Positions 20,233-30,348 of a DNA stretch of 64,000 bases are shown here, piece after piece; position 1 is the first letter of the stretch; each line of letters begins with the position of its first letter. Source of the stretch: an uncultured Eubacteriales bacterium (GTDB lineage: Bacteria; Bacillota; Clostridia; Peptostreptococcales; JAAYPU01). The position numbers and the translations under genes are program-made. The notes under the pieces were generated by a model. That model did not search any database. It worked only from the letters and a program-made list of their open reading frames with translations, and was not told the DNA's origin. The stretch lies in the NCBI GenBank assembly GCA_964429195.1, contig CAYSBC010000003.1, positions 729 through 64,728 of the forward strand. The letters run 5' to 3'.

Positions 20233-20397
20233 TTTCTTCCTCCAACAAAAATACCATGGGAATTATTGCTGATCTTCAAAACAGCAAATAACCTTCATGG
20301 TATTCTTTATCTTATTTATTTTGTTTTAAATGAAGCTTACTCAAAAGCCATTTTATCTATTGTCGAATAGATTAACAGGAGAAATAGTTAAATAGAA

Positions 20398-21765
20398 CTA
20401 AATTCCTGATGCTTTCTTATTAATATTTTGACTACCCCATAATTCATCAGCCACTACTGCCCATTTAGCTGCAGGCTCCTGACATTTATCTGTTAAATCT
20501 TCAACTCTTTCTTGGTCCATAGGTTGAGTGGATTCGGCTTTAGATTCCAACACCATTTTTTTAAGTTGTTCCGGATTATCCAATAACGGACAAGGTCTTA
20601 ACATGTTCTCATTAAAAGGCTGATTTTGTTGGTATTGTTTGAATAATGGAGATTGTAATGCTTCAATTAAAGACACATCCTTAATATTTGTATTAGCATA
20701 GTGAATAAATGCACAAGGTTCAACATCACCATTTGCATTAATGTGGAAATATCTTCTTCCTCCGGCTATACATCCATTGACATATTCACCATCATTCCAG
20801 AAGTCCAAGACAAACATAGGGTATTTTTTTCTACTTTCTCTGACTTGATAATACATATATTCCCTTTGCTCAGGAGTAGCTAAGAGATCTAAATCCGCAT
20901 CTTTTCCAAGGGGCATATAAGTGAAATACCATCCAAAGTAGCAACCCTTTTCCAGCATTAATTCCAGATACTCATCGGAACCGACTACTTCTGTGTTTTT
21001 GCTATGATAACAAGTAGAGAATCCAAAACCTACACCATATTTTTTTAGATTATCCATGGCTATCATAACCTTCTTATAGGTTCCTTTACCTCTTCTGAAA
21101 TCTGTTTCAGCTTCAAATCCTTCTACGCTGATTGCAAAAGTAATATTTCCAACTCTTTGACATTCTTGTGCAAACTTATCATCGATGAAAGTTCCGTTTG
21201 TAAAGGCTAAGAACATGCAATCATTGTGCTTTTCACATAATTTCAAAATATCTTCTCTTCTTACTAAAGGCTCTCCGCCGGAGAATATGTACATATACAT
21301 GCCTATTTCCTTACCTTCTTGAATGACTCTATCGATAACATCGTAAGTAAGGCTGTCACTTTTACTATATTCAGCAGCCCAACAACCTGTACATTTTAAG
21401 TTACATGCTGCTGTTGGGTCAATGATTAAAGTCCAAGGTACATTGCAACCATATTTTTTCGAAGCCTCTTGTGCCATCGGCATACCAATTATTCCGGAAT
21501 TCATAATCATATTAAATAAAAACTTTTTTCTACAATTACTATCCAACTCTGTTAAAATTCGTGTGATAAATTGGCATCCTACCGATCCTTCATCTTTCAT
21601 AACATCACTAACATATTTTGCTTGCATCTTATGTCGGTCATTTGTTATTATTTTCTCTGCCCAGTTCAAAAGTTTTGGAAAATCCCTTATCGGATCTTTT
21701 TCCAGGTACTTCACGGCTTCATTAAGCATGACAGCGGTGATTTTTTGTTTTGCGTTCTTAATCAT
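20398..21765 (-). CDS. radical SAM protein with SPASM/twitch-like C-terminal region, function unknown
   Basis: CNLKCTGCW (CX3CX2C) cluster motif, GGEPL, and later GCIAGGRRYFHINANGDVEPCAF. Confidence 0.8.
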   Translation of the reverse strand: MIKNAKQKITAVMLNEAVKYLEKDPIRDFPKLLNWAEKIITNDRHKMQAKYVSDVMKDEGSVGCQFITRILTELDSNCRKKFLFNMIMNSGIIGMPMAQEASKKYGCNVPWTLIIDPTAACNLKCTGCWAAEYSKSDSLTYDVIDRVIQEGKEIGMYMYIFSGGEPLVRREDILKLCEKHNDCMFLAFTNGTFIDDKFAQECQRVGNITFAISVEGFEAETDFRRGKGTYKKVMIAMDNLKKYGVGFGFSTCYHSKNTEVVGSDEYLELMLEKGCYFGWYFTYMPLGKDADLDLLATPEQREYMYYQVRESRKKYPMFVLDFWNDGEYVNGCIAGGRRYFHINANGDVEPCAFIHYANTNIKDVSLIEALQSPLFKQYQQNQPFNENMLRPCPLLDNPEQLKKMVLESKAESTQPMDQERVEDLTDKCQEPAAKWAVVADELWGSQNINKKASGI

Positions 21766-22333
21766 AAAATTCCCTCCTCATACAACTCTATTCAAGCTGT
21801 ATCTTTGGTTTTAAAATAATTGAACTATAAACAAATCCTTGCCATATTGATATAATATCACTTTTTAGATAAAGTTGTCAATACAATTAACAATCTTGAC
21901 GATTATTTTTTACTTCTTTTTATTAATAATATGCCTTAAATATTATGTTAATTCCTAAATTTCTGTAAATTATGAAATTTTATTTTTATTATAAACGCTG
22001 TTTTTCTAACATTTCCGTCTTTTTAATAAATTATTTTTAAAAAAATAAAAAACAAGCTATTTCTATTTTTTTCAGTTGACTTAGCTTGTTCACGGATAAA
22101 AAGGGGGAAAAACTTTAAAAAATTGACTATATTTTAACAATAATATAATTGTCAGAATATTCTGTATAGTTTAATATTTTTTCTCAATTGTCGTTTTTTT
22201 TCTAAATAATGGGTTTTGCACCAATTCTACGCCAACCTTGCTCATTTTCATTCTGTTTATTCTTCGAAAAACTACACTTATTCTATCTTTTATGAGCTCT
22301 CTTCTCCTTTCAATATTCTAAAAAAATAATCCT

Positions 22334-22373
22334 CAAGGAGTAATTATCAGAATATTCTGATAATTACTCCTTG
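22334..22373. terminator. perfect 40-nt palindrome, probable bidirectional terminator
   Basis: CAAGGAGTAATTATCAGAAT|ATTCTGATAATTACTCCTTG. T-runs follow on both strands (CTTTTCATTTTT on plus, GGATTATTTTTTT on minus). Confidence 0.75.
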
Positions 22374-22513
22374 CTTTTCATTTTTAAATAGAAAAATAAG
22401 CATTAACAATTATATCTTTCCCTTTATTTGGAAAAATATTATGAAACAATAACAGTTTTTAACTTATTATTGAGTGGAAGGATATGCCTTTGTGAAAATA
22501 TTGGCTATGGCCT

Positions 22514-23857
22514 TTAGCGGGATAAAACAAAATGGACTATATCCTCAATAACTTCTTCACTGACTTTTTGCTTCGTTTTATATTCTTCAGGTGATGGTTG
22601 TTGTCCAAGGGACTCCATCCATAAATGGTTGAGATTATCATAGACTTTAAATTGAACATTTTTTTTACCTTCGAAGGCCTCTTTCCAAAGTTCAAATTCA
22701 TCCATTGTCACCTGGTAGTCCTTTCCACCCTGTAAAAGCAATAATGGCTTAGTGACTTTATCCGCCAAATGATAGGCATTATTTTCTTTCAAATCAATCC
22801 AATAAGACTTTGGGGCACCCAAGAGATCATTAGCAGTATACTCCGAGTCTTTATCAAGATTCTTTATTTTTTCTACAGACTCTTCAAGAGCTACCAGTTG
22901 ATTCTTTTCTTCGTCATCCAATTTCCCGTCCAAAGAGAAGATGTAATTGTATTGCTTAATCATTAAATCCTCGAGACTTGATGCATTGGCAGCTGCCATG
23001 ATAAATCCTGCAGCATCATCGGTTATTTCTGCAATTCTGGGGATAAGATTCCCTCCTTGACTATGACCCAGGATATAGATTTTTTTAGAATCGATGTTTT
23101 TATGATTTGATAATATTTTAAAAGCCGACTCAACATCCTCCAGATATTCTTCTTTAACTGTAATCTCTAGATTAGACATTTCCAAGCCATAGGTCTTGGT
23201 TCTTTTATCAAACCTTAATGAAGCAATCCCCTTTTCCGCCAAACCCCAGGCAATATCTCTAAAGGGCTTATTTTCATAGAGGGTTTCATTCATATCCGAC
23301 GGTCCTGAACCCGGAACTAATAATACTGCCGGAAAAACGCCCTCTTTATTAGGCAGAGTTATTCTACCCTCCATTTCATATTTCCCACTCACAATCGTCA
23401 CTTTTACTTCTTCTAGATTGCCCTTCAGTTCTTCGTTATCCTCTTCAGATTCTTCGGTATAAGGGGTAAAATTAAATCCGGCAATAAGGTGATTCTTATC
23501 AAAAACTACATTGAGATTGATTATCCCTTTTTCAAACTTCGTATGGATAGAGACAATATTATATTCCCCTGAAGTCACTTCTTTGTGTCCTATTATTTCG
23601 ACAAACTCTCCTTGTTGATCGATTAGCCCATCCCAAATTTGTTTATAGACTGACTCATTAACGGCCTTTTCCATTTTCGAGTCATAACCAAACTCTGTAT
23701 AGGCTTTTTTAAATTCTTCCTTGACGAGAGTTTCTATAAGCTTATTAGCTGTTAACACGTCATCCATTCCATTTTCTATGACTTGCTTTTCGCCCTTTGA
23801 ACTGCAACCTGCCAATATCATGCATACCAACATTATTAAAATAATTACTTTCTTCAT
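22514..23857 (-). CDS. lipoprotein, alpha/beta-hydrolase (serine esterase/peptidase-like)
   Basis: Lipobox signal MKKVIILIMLVCMILAGCSS. GHSQGG nucleophile elbow. 447 aa. Confidence 0.8.
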   Translation of the reverse strand: MKKVIILIMLVCMILAGCSSKGEKQVIENGMDDVLTANKLIETLVKEEFKKAYTEFGYDSKMEKAVNESVYKQIWDGLIDQQGEFVEIIGHKEVTSGEYNIVSIHTKFEKGIINLNVVFDKNHLIAGFNFTPYTEESEEDNEELKGNLEEVKVTIVSGKYEMEGRITLPNKEGVFPAVLLVPGSGPSDMNETLYENKPFRDIAWGLAEKGIASLRFDKRTKTYGLEMSNLEITVKEEYLEDVESAFKILSNHKNIDSKKIYILGHSQGGNLIPRIAEITDDAAGFIMAAANASSLEDLMIKQYNYIFSLDGKLDDEEKNQLVALEESVEKIKNLDKDSEYTANDLLGAPKSYWIDLKENNAYHLADKVTKPLLLLQGGKDYQVTMDEFELWKEAFEGKKNVQFKVYDNLNHLWMESLGQQPSPEEYKTKQKVSEEVIEDIVHFVLSR

Positions 23858-23875
23858 CCTACTATCCTCCTCAAT

Positions 23876-24988
23876 TTATATACTGGTCAAAATACTGATG
23901 GCTATCAATAGGACTATGGCTAATACAAAGCCTATTACAGCTTTTCTATTGCCAAGATTGATTGTCCATCCAACCCCAAATCTCTTTTCCACCATAAAGG
24001 ATGGATCCTCTTTATTGACGTAAAACATGCCTAATTTCCAGTAAGCATCATCATTTCGATTGGCCTTTTCAAAATCTTCATCCGACCTCACCTTTAAGCG
24101 GCTGCCCCCTTGCCCCGTATAGACGGCCAGTATAATGAGCGATAAAACAATAATGAAGGTCGGGACTATGGCTATCAAAGTGATAAAAGTTTTTGACTCA
24201 TTCATTTTTCCTATGACGAGTAAATTAAGCATAAAAAACATGGTTGTTAAAATAGTTGCCATAAGGATGGTCCATGCCGACCATATCCTTCGAAATCGCA
24301 ATACCCTTTCCTTGGATTCATTTGGTTTCCTAGCATCCAGTTGCTTTTTAGACATCTTAATGGCATAGTATACAAACACAAATATCAAAAGAGTCAACAA
24401 GCTTATATGGGGTATCATAAACACTTTCGCAGGTGACTTGGCTACCATCCGTATGATATTCCCATTAAAATCAAAGGCTACTTTGAGTTGTTCAGGTATC
24501 TCTTGATAGATTAAAGCGTTATAAATGTACATGTAAGCATTGATGATTAGTGGAATGCCAAACCAAAAGATACTTGCAAGAGGATAATCTACTCCGTTTA
24601 TTTTTTCATCCGTTGTAACCACAACTGTTTCCGGAGCTTTTACCGGGAAGTTCTCTTTATGCCTTTTTACTTCAAGGTGAACGGAAATATAGGAAAATCC
24701 TTGGATAAAAATCATGCCAATAATGACAACCGTATAAACGAATTCCAATGGAAAATGCATGCTCCCTAAATAAAGAAATATTAACAAAACAGCATCTAAA
24801 AACAGTAACCTTCTTATATACTTATAGGTATAACCTTTCATGGTTTGTTCATCCATCATTTCTTTTTCGATTCTGATTCCAAAGAGTATTTCCTTCCTTG
24901 ATAGAAAAGGAAGTATTCCCATTAGAATAAATACAAAAAATAACATAATAAACATCAACGTACTTTCACTATTAAGATTTATATACAT
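23876..24988 (-). CDS. polytopic membrane protein (DUF1648/SdpI-like), function unknown
   Basis: 370 aa, multiple TM helices. Translationally adjacent to the upstream YtrA-type GntR gene (4-nt gap). Confidence 0.55.
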   Translation of the reverse strand: MYINLNSESTLMFIMLFFVFILMGILPFLSRKEILFGIRIEKEMMDEQTMKGYTYKYIRRLLFLDAVLLIFLYLGSMHFPLEFVYTVVIIGMIFIQGFSYISVHLEVKRHKENFPVKAPETVVVTTDEKINGVDYPLASIFWFGIPLIINAYMYIYNALIYQEIPEQLKVAFDFNGNIIRMVAKSPAKVFMIPHISLLTLLIFVFVYYAIKMSKKQLDARKPNESKERVLRFRRIWSAWTILMATILTTMFFMLNLLVIGKMNESKTFITLIAIVPTFIIVLSLIILAVYTGQGGSRLKVRSDEDFEKANRNDDAYWKLGMFYVNKEDPSFMVEKRFGVGWTINLGNRKAVIGFVLAIVLLIAISILTSI

Positions 24989-24991
24989 TCC

Positions 24992-25372
24992 TTATCTTCC
25001 CCCTATTTTCCTATATTTTTCTCTGCAAATAGCCATCATTTCTTCCTCGGTTAACCCTCTGCAAATAGCCTCTATGAATACATTTTCTATATCTGTATCC
25101 AACACCTTTAAATAGGCTTCTGTTACTAATTTCCTTTTCTCCTCGACAACAGCCCCTTTTCTTCGGTCAATTCGAATAAATCCATCCGCCTTCAAACTGG
25201 AATAAGCCTTATTAACAGTATGCATATTAATACCTATTTCACTTGCAAGCTGACGGACTGAGGGCAGGGCCTCTCCCTCACTCAGTTTTCCGGTTGCTAT
25301 GGCCCTTAGAACCTCCTGCCTGATCTGTATAAAAATAGGTACCTCCGAACTAAAATTTAACTCTAAAATCAT
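24992..25372 (-). CDS. GntR-family transcriptional regulator, short YtrA-like subfamily
   Basis: 126 aa. Winged-helix region LPSVRQLASEIGINMHTVNKAY. Confidence 0.88.
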   Translation of the reverse strand: MILELNFSSEVPIFIQIRQEVLRAIATGKLSEGEALPSVRQLASEIGINMHTVNKAYSSLKADGFIRIDRRKGAVVEEKRKLVTEAYLKVLDTDIENVFIEAICRGLTEEEMMAICREKYRKIGGR

Positions 25373-25390
25373 AGAATCACCTTTTTTCTT

Positions 25391-25439
25391 TTGTTCTATC
25401 TGTTATATTTAATATATAACAGATAGAACAAAGTGTCAA
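25391..25439 (-). promoter_or_regulatory. promoter with overlapping 18-bp-arm inverted repeat (candidate operator of the YtrA-like regulator)
   Basis: Minus strand TTGACA (25434-25439), 17 nt, TATATT (25411-25416). Perfect inverted repeat TTGTTCTATCTGTTATAT (25391-25408) / ATATAACAGATAGAACAA (25414-25431) covers the spacer, the -10 and the start region. Confidence 0.7.
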
Positions 25440-25465
25440 CATTGGATGAGCGCCCATTTACACAT

Positions 25466-25509
25466 AAAACAAATAGAAATAGTTTTGGAACAATCCAAAA
25501 CTATTTCTA
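25466..25509 (-). terminator. rho-independent terminator after the MFS gene
   Basis: 16-bp stem TAGAAATAGTTTTGGA / TCCAAAACTATTTCTA with loop ACAA, followed by a T-run on the minus strand. Confidence 0.8.
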
Positions 25510-25585
25510 CTTTCTATGGCAAGAAATGTTTGTATAGAATTCAACTTCTATACTATAGGCAGCGGCTTCCTATAGCTAAAAGAAA

Positions 25586-26827
25586 TTAAATCTCACCTTT
25601 ATTTAACTCGTTTGGTGCCTTTGGTGCCTTAGCCAATAAGGCCATGATAGCTCCTATGGAACATAAGACGCCTGTGATGATAAATGCCAATTGATAACTA
25701 CCATTAGATGTTTCAACGATAACAGCTGCTAAACGCGGTCCAATGATAGCACCAGCACTATAGGCTAAGAAAATAAAACCATAATTGACGCTGACATGCT
25801 TTGGTCCATAAAAGTCTGCGGCAATCGACGGGAATGTACCCATGGCCCCGCCAAAACAAAATGCAACAAATCCTACACCTAAAGCATATAACCAGAAGTT
25901 GCTCAATGCATTTAAGCTAAACATGGTTACAGCACTGATTACATACATAATAAAGACCACGCGCATACGCCCTATTTTATCAGAAATAGTACCCCAAAAT
26001 AGTCGGCCAAATGTATTAACGATAGCAAGAATACTCACAATCAATCCCGCCTCTATCGGCGTGAGATTGGCAACCTGCTGTCCGATAGGTGACGCGTGTG
26101 CGATAATCATTAATCCGGCTATATTAGCGAAAGTGTACATAATTAGTAAGAAATAATATTGCGGAGTTCTCAACATTTCCCTAGGTGTAAAATCATATTT
26201 GCTCGGTCCTGTTTGGCCGGCTTTTACGGTAGGAGGAGTCCATCCCTCAGGAATATAGCCTTCCGGGGCGGCTTTCATCAATTTGCCTCCAATGATAACA
26301 CCTACAATTGTATAAATAGCTTGAAGGAAGAATGTAGTCAAAGGTCCATAACTGGCAATCAACCTGGTTGCTACAGGCGCATAAAATACAGATCCAAGTC
26401 CAAAGCCGGCGACAGCCAATCCACTGATCATACCTCTTTTGTCCGGAAACCATTTTACACAGGTGGCTATTGGAATACCATAAGAAATACCTATTCCTGC
26501 ACCTCCAAAGATACCATAGCCAAGATACAGCATACCAAGAGACGTTGTTCTGCTTGCAATTAATAACCCTAGGGATAATACCGCAGCACCGATGATAACC
26601 ATTTTTGTTGGTCCATACTTCGGTAAAAAACGTCCGGCTATTATCATCAATATAGGAATCATAGCCAAGTTTATTGAAAATGCTAAAGATACCTGAGTTG
26701 TAGACCATCCAAATATGTCTTGAATAGGCTTTTGGAATACACTCCAAGTGTAAAGTGCTCCTAAGCAAAATTGAACAATGACGCCTCCCAAAACAACTAG
26801 CCAACGATTATAACTATTTTCTTGCAT
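25586..26827 (-). CDS. MFS transporter, oxalate/formate antiporter (OFA)-like family
   Basis: 413 aa, 12 predicted TM. N-terminal NRWLVVLGGVIVQFCLGALYTWSVF is typical of OFA-family MFS proteins. Confidence 0.8.
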   Translation of the reverse strand: MQENSYNRWLVVLGGVIVQFCLGALYTWSVFQKPIQDIFGWSTTQVSLAFSINLAMIPILMIIAGRFLPKYGPTKMVIIGAAVLSLGLLIASRTTSLGMLYLGYGIFGGAGIGISYGIPIATCVKWFPDKRGMISGLAVAGFGLGSVFYAPVATRLIASYGPLTTFFLQAIYTIVGVIIGGKLMKAAPEGYIPEGWTPPTVKAGQTGPSKYDFTPREMLRTPQYYFLLIMYTFANIAGLMIIAHASPIGQQVANLTPIEAGLIVSILAIVNTFGRLFWGTISDKIGRMRVVFIMYVISAVTMFSLNALSNFWLYALGVGFVAFCFGGAMGTFPSIAADFYGPKHVSVNYGFIFLAYSAGAIIGPRLAAVIVETSNGSYQLAFIITGVLCSIGAIMALLAKAPKAPNELNKGEI

Positions 26828-26875
26828 TTTAGACCTCCCCTAAAATATATTTTCTACATTCCATGTAGTAGAAAT

Positions 26876-27445
26876 TTAATCAAACCATTCAATCGGTTTT
26901 CCTTTTCGAGGTGGGACAGGTGGATTCTGATCTGGATGGCCCATAGGCGTTATCCCTACTAATTTCCAATCATCCTGCATGCCCAAGTATTCAAGAACTG
27001 TATCTTCTATCCACACAGGAGCACTCATCCAACAAGTCCCTATTCCCCTAGCATGAGCTGATAAACACACATTGTAGAGTAATGCACATCCATTTTCTAT
27101 TTCTGTAACTTGAAGCTTAGGGTCATCTGCTCTAGCTGTCAAAACAACTATCGTGTGAGGTGCTCCTCCTAGACCCTTAAAGAATCCGTGTACTCTTTTT
27201 TGCATACCCTCATTAAAAAGTTTTTTTAATCGAGCATTGATATGGTTAACTGCATCTTCTACCACCTTATTAAATGCTTTTTGCTTTTCACCTGAAAAAA
27301 CAAGAATCTTCCAAGTCTGGGTGTTCATTGCCGAAGGAGCCCAGAGTGCGTCTTCTAATATCTCGTCAATTAACTCCCTTGGTAACTCTTCACTTTTGTA
27401 TTTCCTGATACTTCTTCTTGTCTTAATGCCTTCCATTAACTCCAT
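26876..27445 (-). CDS. nitroreductase-family flavoprotein
   Basis: 189 aa. N-terminal TRRSIRKY motif and APSAMNTQ. Confidence 0.85.
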   Translation of the reverse strand: MELMEGIKTRRSIRKYKSEELPRELIDEILEDALWAPSAMNTQTWKILVFSGEKQKAFNKVVEDAVNHINARLKKLFNEGMQKRVHGFFKGLGGAPHTIVVLTARADDPKLQVTEIENGCALLYNVCLSAHARGIGTCWMSAPVWIEDTVLEYLGMQDDWKLVGITPMGHPDQNPPVPPRKGKPIEWFD

Positions 27446-27458
27446 GATTCTTTTCCTT

Positions 27459-27959
27459 TCAATTTAGTATGTTTTTTATTTTATCCAAACAATTCCCAAG
27501 GATTTTAAAATTCTCTTCTCCAAGGGCTTGTTTCAAATAATTATTGAATTGGTCATTTATTGGAAAAATTTTTTCCCCTAAGTCTTCACCTTTTTCTGTC
27601 AAATATATTTGAACACTCCTTCTATCTGTTTCATCTTCTTCTCGGATGATATAGCCGCTTTTTAATAAACGGTCGACTAGTCTGCTGACAGAAGGGCTAT
27701 CTAGATCAATCGCTGCAGCAATATCCTTGAGAGAACTGCCATTGTTATCAAGAAGATAAAACAACACTAACGCTTGCCCAATGGTTATACCATACTCAGC
27801 AAATTCACTATTAAAATGTCTTGCTAAATCTCTGGATATTGAGCCCATACGAAAACTTATAAAATCCGTAAAAATACTATTGTTCATTGCTTTATTCATC
27901 TCCCGTGCTGTATTCGCTCTATTTATTAGTTGGTTTTTCATCAATTGTTTTGCAATCAA
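27459..27959 (-). CDS. MarR-family transcriptional regulator
   Basis: 166 aa. Winged-helix region (ITIGQALVLFYL...LKDIAAAIDLDSPSVSRLVDRL...DRRSV). The exact start codon is uncertain. Confidence 0.85.
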   Translation of the reverse strand: MIAKQLMKNQLINRANTAREMNKAMNNSIFTDFISFRMGSISRDLARHFNSEFAEYGITIGQALVLFYLLDNNGSSLKDIAAAIDLDSPSVSRLVDRLLKSGYIIREEDETDRRSVQIYLTEKGEDLGEKIFPINDQFNNYLKQALGEENFKILGNCLDKIKNILN

Positions 27960-28141
27960 TTGTCACGACAACTATTTATTTTTAGATTACCACCATCTTT
28001 CTCTTTAGTCAATCTATTTTTCTATAAACTGTATTGAAATTATATTTTTTAGAAAAATTTCGGCAGCGCTAATGGCATCATCGGCAAGGAGATTTTAAAG
28101 CTAGCACGGGGACGGGGGGAGTAAATATGGGATAAAGGAGC

Positions 28142-28198
28142 AAAAATTCAAGTAGTGTGTGGTTTATTTTTAGAAAACCACACACTACTTGAATTTTT
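28142..28198. terminator. very long (24-bp perfect stem) hairpin, probable terminator downstream of cysK
   Basis: 28142-28165 pairs perfectly with 28175-28198, with a 9-nt loop. The arms begin and end in A5/T5 runs, so it could act bidirectionally. Confidence 0.7.
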
Positions 28199-28327
28199 GA
28201 ACAGATTTAGCTTTAAAATTACATTTTATTCCAAAATATCAACACACTAGTTGAAAATTTGCTCAGCTTTTAGCTAAAAGCTTAAAAAGCAGGGTGCGGA
28301 TATTTTCATTTGTGCTTGACATCTTTT

Positions 28328-29269
28328 TTATACAAACTGTTCTTGAAAGAGTGGAGTTGACAAATATCTCTCTCCTGTATCTGGGAATATAACAACTATT
28401 GTCTTGCCTTTGTTCTCAGGTCTTTTTGCTATTTGAATTGCTGCAAAGGCAGCAGCCCCTGAGGAGATGCCCACAAGAAGACCTTCACTTTTAGCAAGGC
28501 TTCTAGCTGTATCAAATGCTTCATCATTCTTCACCTTGATGATTTCATCGATCATTTCTTTGTTTAATACGTCCGGAATAAATCCAGCCCCTATACCTTG
28601 TATTTTATGAGGACCTTTTTCCCCTCCGGATAGAACGGCGGAGTCATAGGGTTCCACTGCAATGATCTTTGCATCCGGCTTGCGGCTTTTTAAAATTTCA
28701 CCAATACCGGTTATCGTTCCTCCCGTTCCAACTCCTGCAATAAGTATATCCACTTCACCCTCTGTATCCTTCCAAATTTCTTCAGCAGTAGTTTTTCTGT
28801 GGATTTCCGGATTAGCTAAATTTTTAAATTGCTGAGGTATAAATGAACCGGGTATTTCTGCTGCCAGTTCTTCAGCCTTTTGAATAGCACCCGCCATACC
28901 TTCTGCTCCAGGTGTAAGAACAAGTTCTGCACCTAAAGCCCTCATAAGGTTTCTACGCTCAATACTAAAAGTATCCGGCAAAGTAATAATGAGCCTATAT
29001 CCTTTGGCTGCTGTAACAAAAGCCAAAGCTACCCCAGTATTTCCGCTGGTTGGCTCAATGATCACTGAATCTTTTGTCAGCAATCCTTTATCCTCTGCGT
29101 CTTTTATCATGGCATAACCAATTCTATCTTTAACACTCCCTGCAGGATTAAAATACTCGAGCTTTCCTAGCACTTTGGCCTCCAAATGATGAAGCTTATT
29201 AAAACGGGATAACTCAAGTAAAGGAGTATTACCAATTAAATCTGTTAAATTCTGTGCAATTTTTTTCAT
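28328..29269 (-). CDS. cysK: cysteine synthase A (O-acetylserine sulfhydrylase)
   Basis: PLP-lysine context NPAGSVKDR, then TSGNTG and GTGGT motifs. About 313 aa. GGAGG RBS favours the second ATG. Confidence 0.93.
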   Translation of the reverse strand: MKKIAQNLTDLIGNTPLLELSRFNKLHHLEAKVLGKLEYFNPAGSVKDRIGYAMIKDAEDKGLLTKDSVIIEPTSGNTGVALAFVTAAKGYRLIITLPDTFSIERRNLMRALGAELVLTPGAEGMAGAIQKAEELAAEIPGSFIPQQFKNLANPEIHRKTTAEEIWKDTEGEVDILIAGVGTGGTITGIGEILKSRKPDAKIIAVEPYDSAVLSGGEKGPHKIQGIGAGFIPDVLNKEMIDEIIKVKNDEAFDTARSLAKSEGLLVGISSGAAAFAAIQIAKRPENKGKTIVVIFPDTGERYLSTPLFQEQFV

Positions 29270-29505
29270 CATTACCTCCTAGTTCTAATGGTTCTTAATC
29301 TTTGATAATCATAGCTAACTTTCATTATAGCATAATTTTTATAATCTTTATCCTTCTGGGTTTATTTTAGATCCAAAAATCAAGAAAAGGGTTCAGTTTA
29401 ACAACCAAATCCTTTTCTTGTCTCGAATGAAGGTTTATATATATATCAATTCTCACAATCACCCGAAGTTGATGATCATGATAAATTGTATCGATGTATT
29501 GTTCT

Positions 29506-30336
29506 TTATTGATCTCCTAAATAAGTTTCAATTTCATCAAAGTAATTTCCTTCTACTGATTCAATTAACCCTTCATCACAGGCTTCCGCAATATGAGGCT
29601 TAATGGGTATCTTTGCTAAAACCTGGGTGTTGTATTCCTTTGCGATTTTATCGATATGGCTTTCACCAAATATTTTATAGGTTTTCTTGCAGTCCTCACA
29701 TGTGAAATAGGACATATTTTCTACTAGGCCTATAATAGGTATCTCCATTAATCTAGCCATTTTTACTGCCTTTTCTACAATCATTGATACTAACTCTTGA
29801 GGTGAGGTTACAATAATAATCCCATCAATTTTTATGGATTGAAATACAGTTAGAGCAACATCTCCCGTGCCCGGTGGCATATCAATGAACATAAAATCAA
29901 TATCACCCCATATAACATCTGTCCAAAATTGTTTAACTGTATTTGCTATAATCGGTCCTCGCCAAACAACGGGGTCTGTCTCATGTTCTAATAATAAATT
30001 GATTGACATCACATCAATGCCCGTTTTGCTTTTAACCGGTAAAAAGCCTTGTTCAGAGCCTGTAACCTTACCTGTTATCCCAAAAGCTTTAGGTATGGAA
30101 GGTCCTGTAATATCAGCATCCAAAATTGCCGTTTTGTATCCTTTCCTGTTCATTTCAACTGCTAGTAGCGAAGTAATTAAAGATTTTCCAACGCCACCTT
30201 TCCCGCTTATAACACCAATTACCTTTTTGATATGGCTTAATTCATGTGGCTTCACCGAAAAATCCGGTTTGTCTTCTTTCCTGCTGTCACAGGTTTCACC
30301 ACATGAACTGCAATTTTCTGTACAATTTTCGCTCAT
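29506..30336 (-). CDS. Mrp/NBP35/ApbC-family P-loop FeS-cluster carrier ATPase
   Basis: Deviant Walker A SGKGGVGKS. Cys-rich N-terminus (CTENCSSCGETC). A CEDC motif later in the protein. Confidence 0.88.
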   Translation of the reverse strand: MSENCTENCSSCGETCDSRKEDKPDFSVKPHELSHIKKVIGVISGKGGVGKSLITSLLAVEMNRKGYKTAILDADITGPSIPKAFGITGKVTGSEQGFLPVKSKTGIDVMSINLLLEHETDPVVWRGPIIANTVKQFWTDVIWGDIDFMFIDMPPGTGDVALTVFQSIKIDGIIIVTSPQELVSMIVEKAVKMARLMEIPIIGLVENMSYFTCEDCKKTYKIFGESHIDKIAKEYNTQVLAKIPIKPHIAEACDEGLIESVEGNYFDEIETYLGDQ

Positions 30337-30348
30337 TATTTTTCTCCC

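Noticed and set aside
22171-22292. Short ORFs inside the 748-bp intergenic region (a 26-codon minus-strand frame 22171-22251 and a 28-codon plus-strand frame starting at 22208)
   Set aside because: Neither has a Shine-Dalgarno sequence at a usable distance. The composition is typical of AT-rich non-coding DNA. I kept them only as part of the small-RNA hypothesis.
28060-28110. Minus-strand CCGATGATGCC string reminiscent of the 3' half of a fluoride (crcB) riboswitch
   Set aside because: The 5' half (GGCGATG...AAAC.GCC) is absent, and no fluoride-related gene follows.
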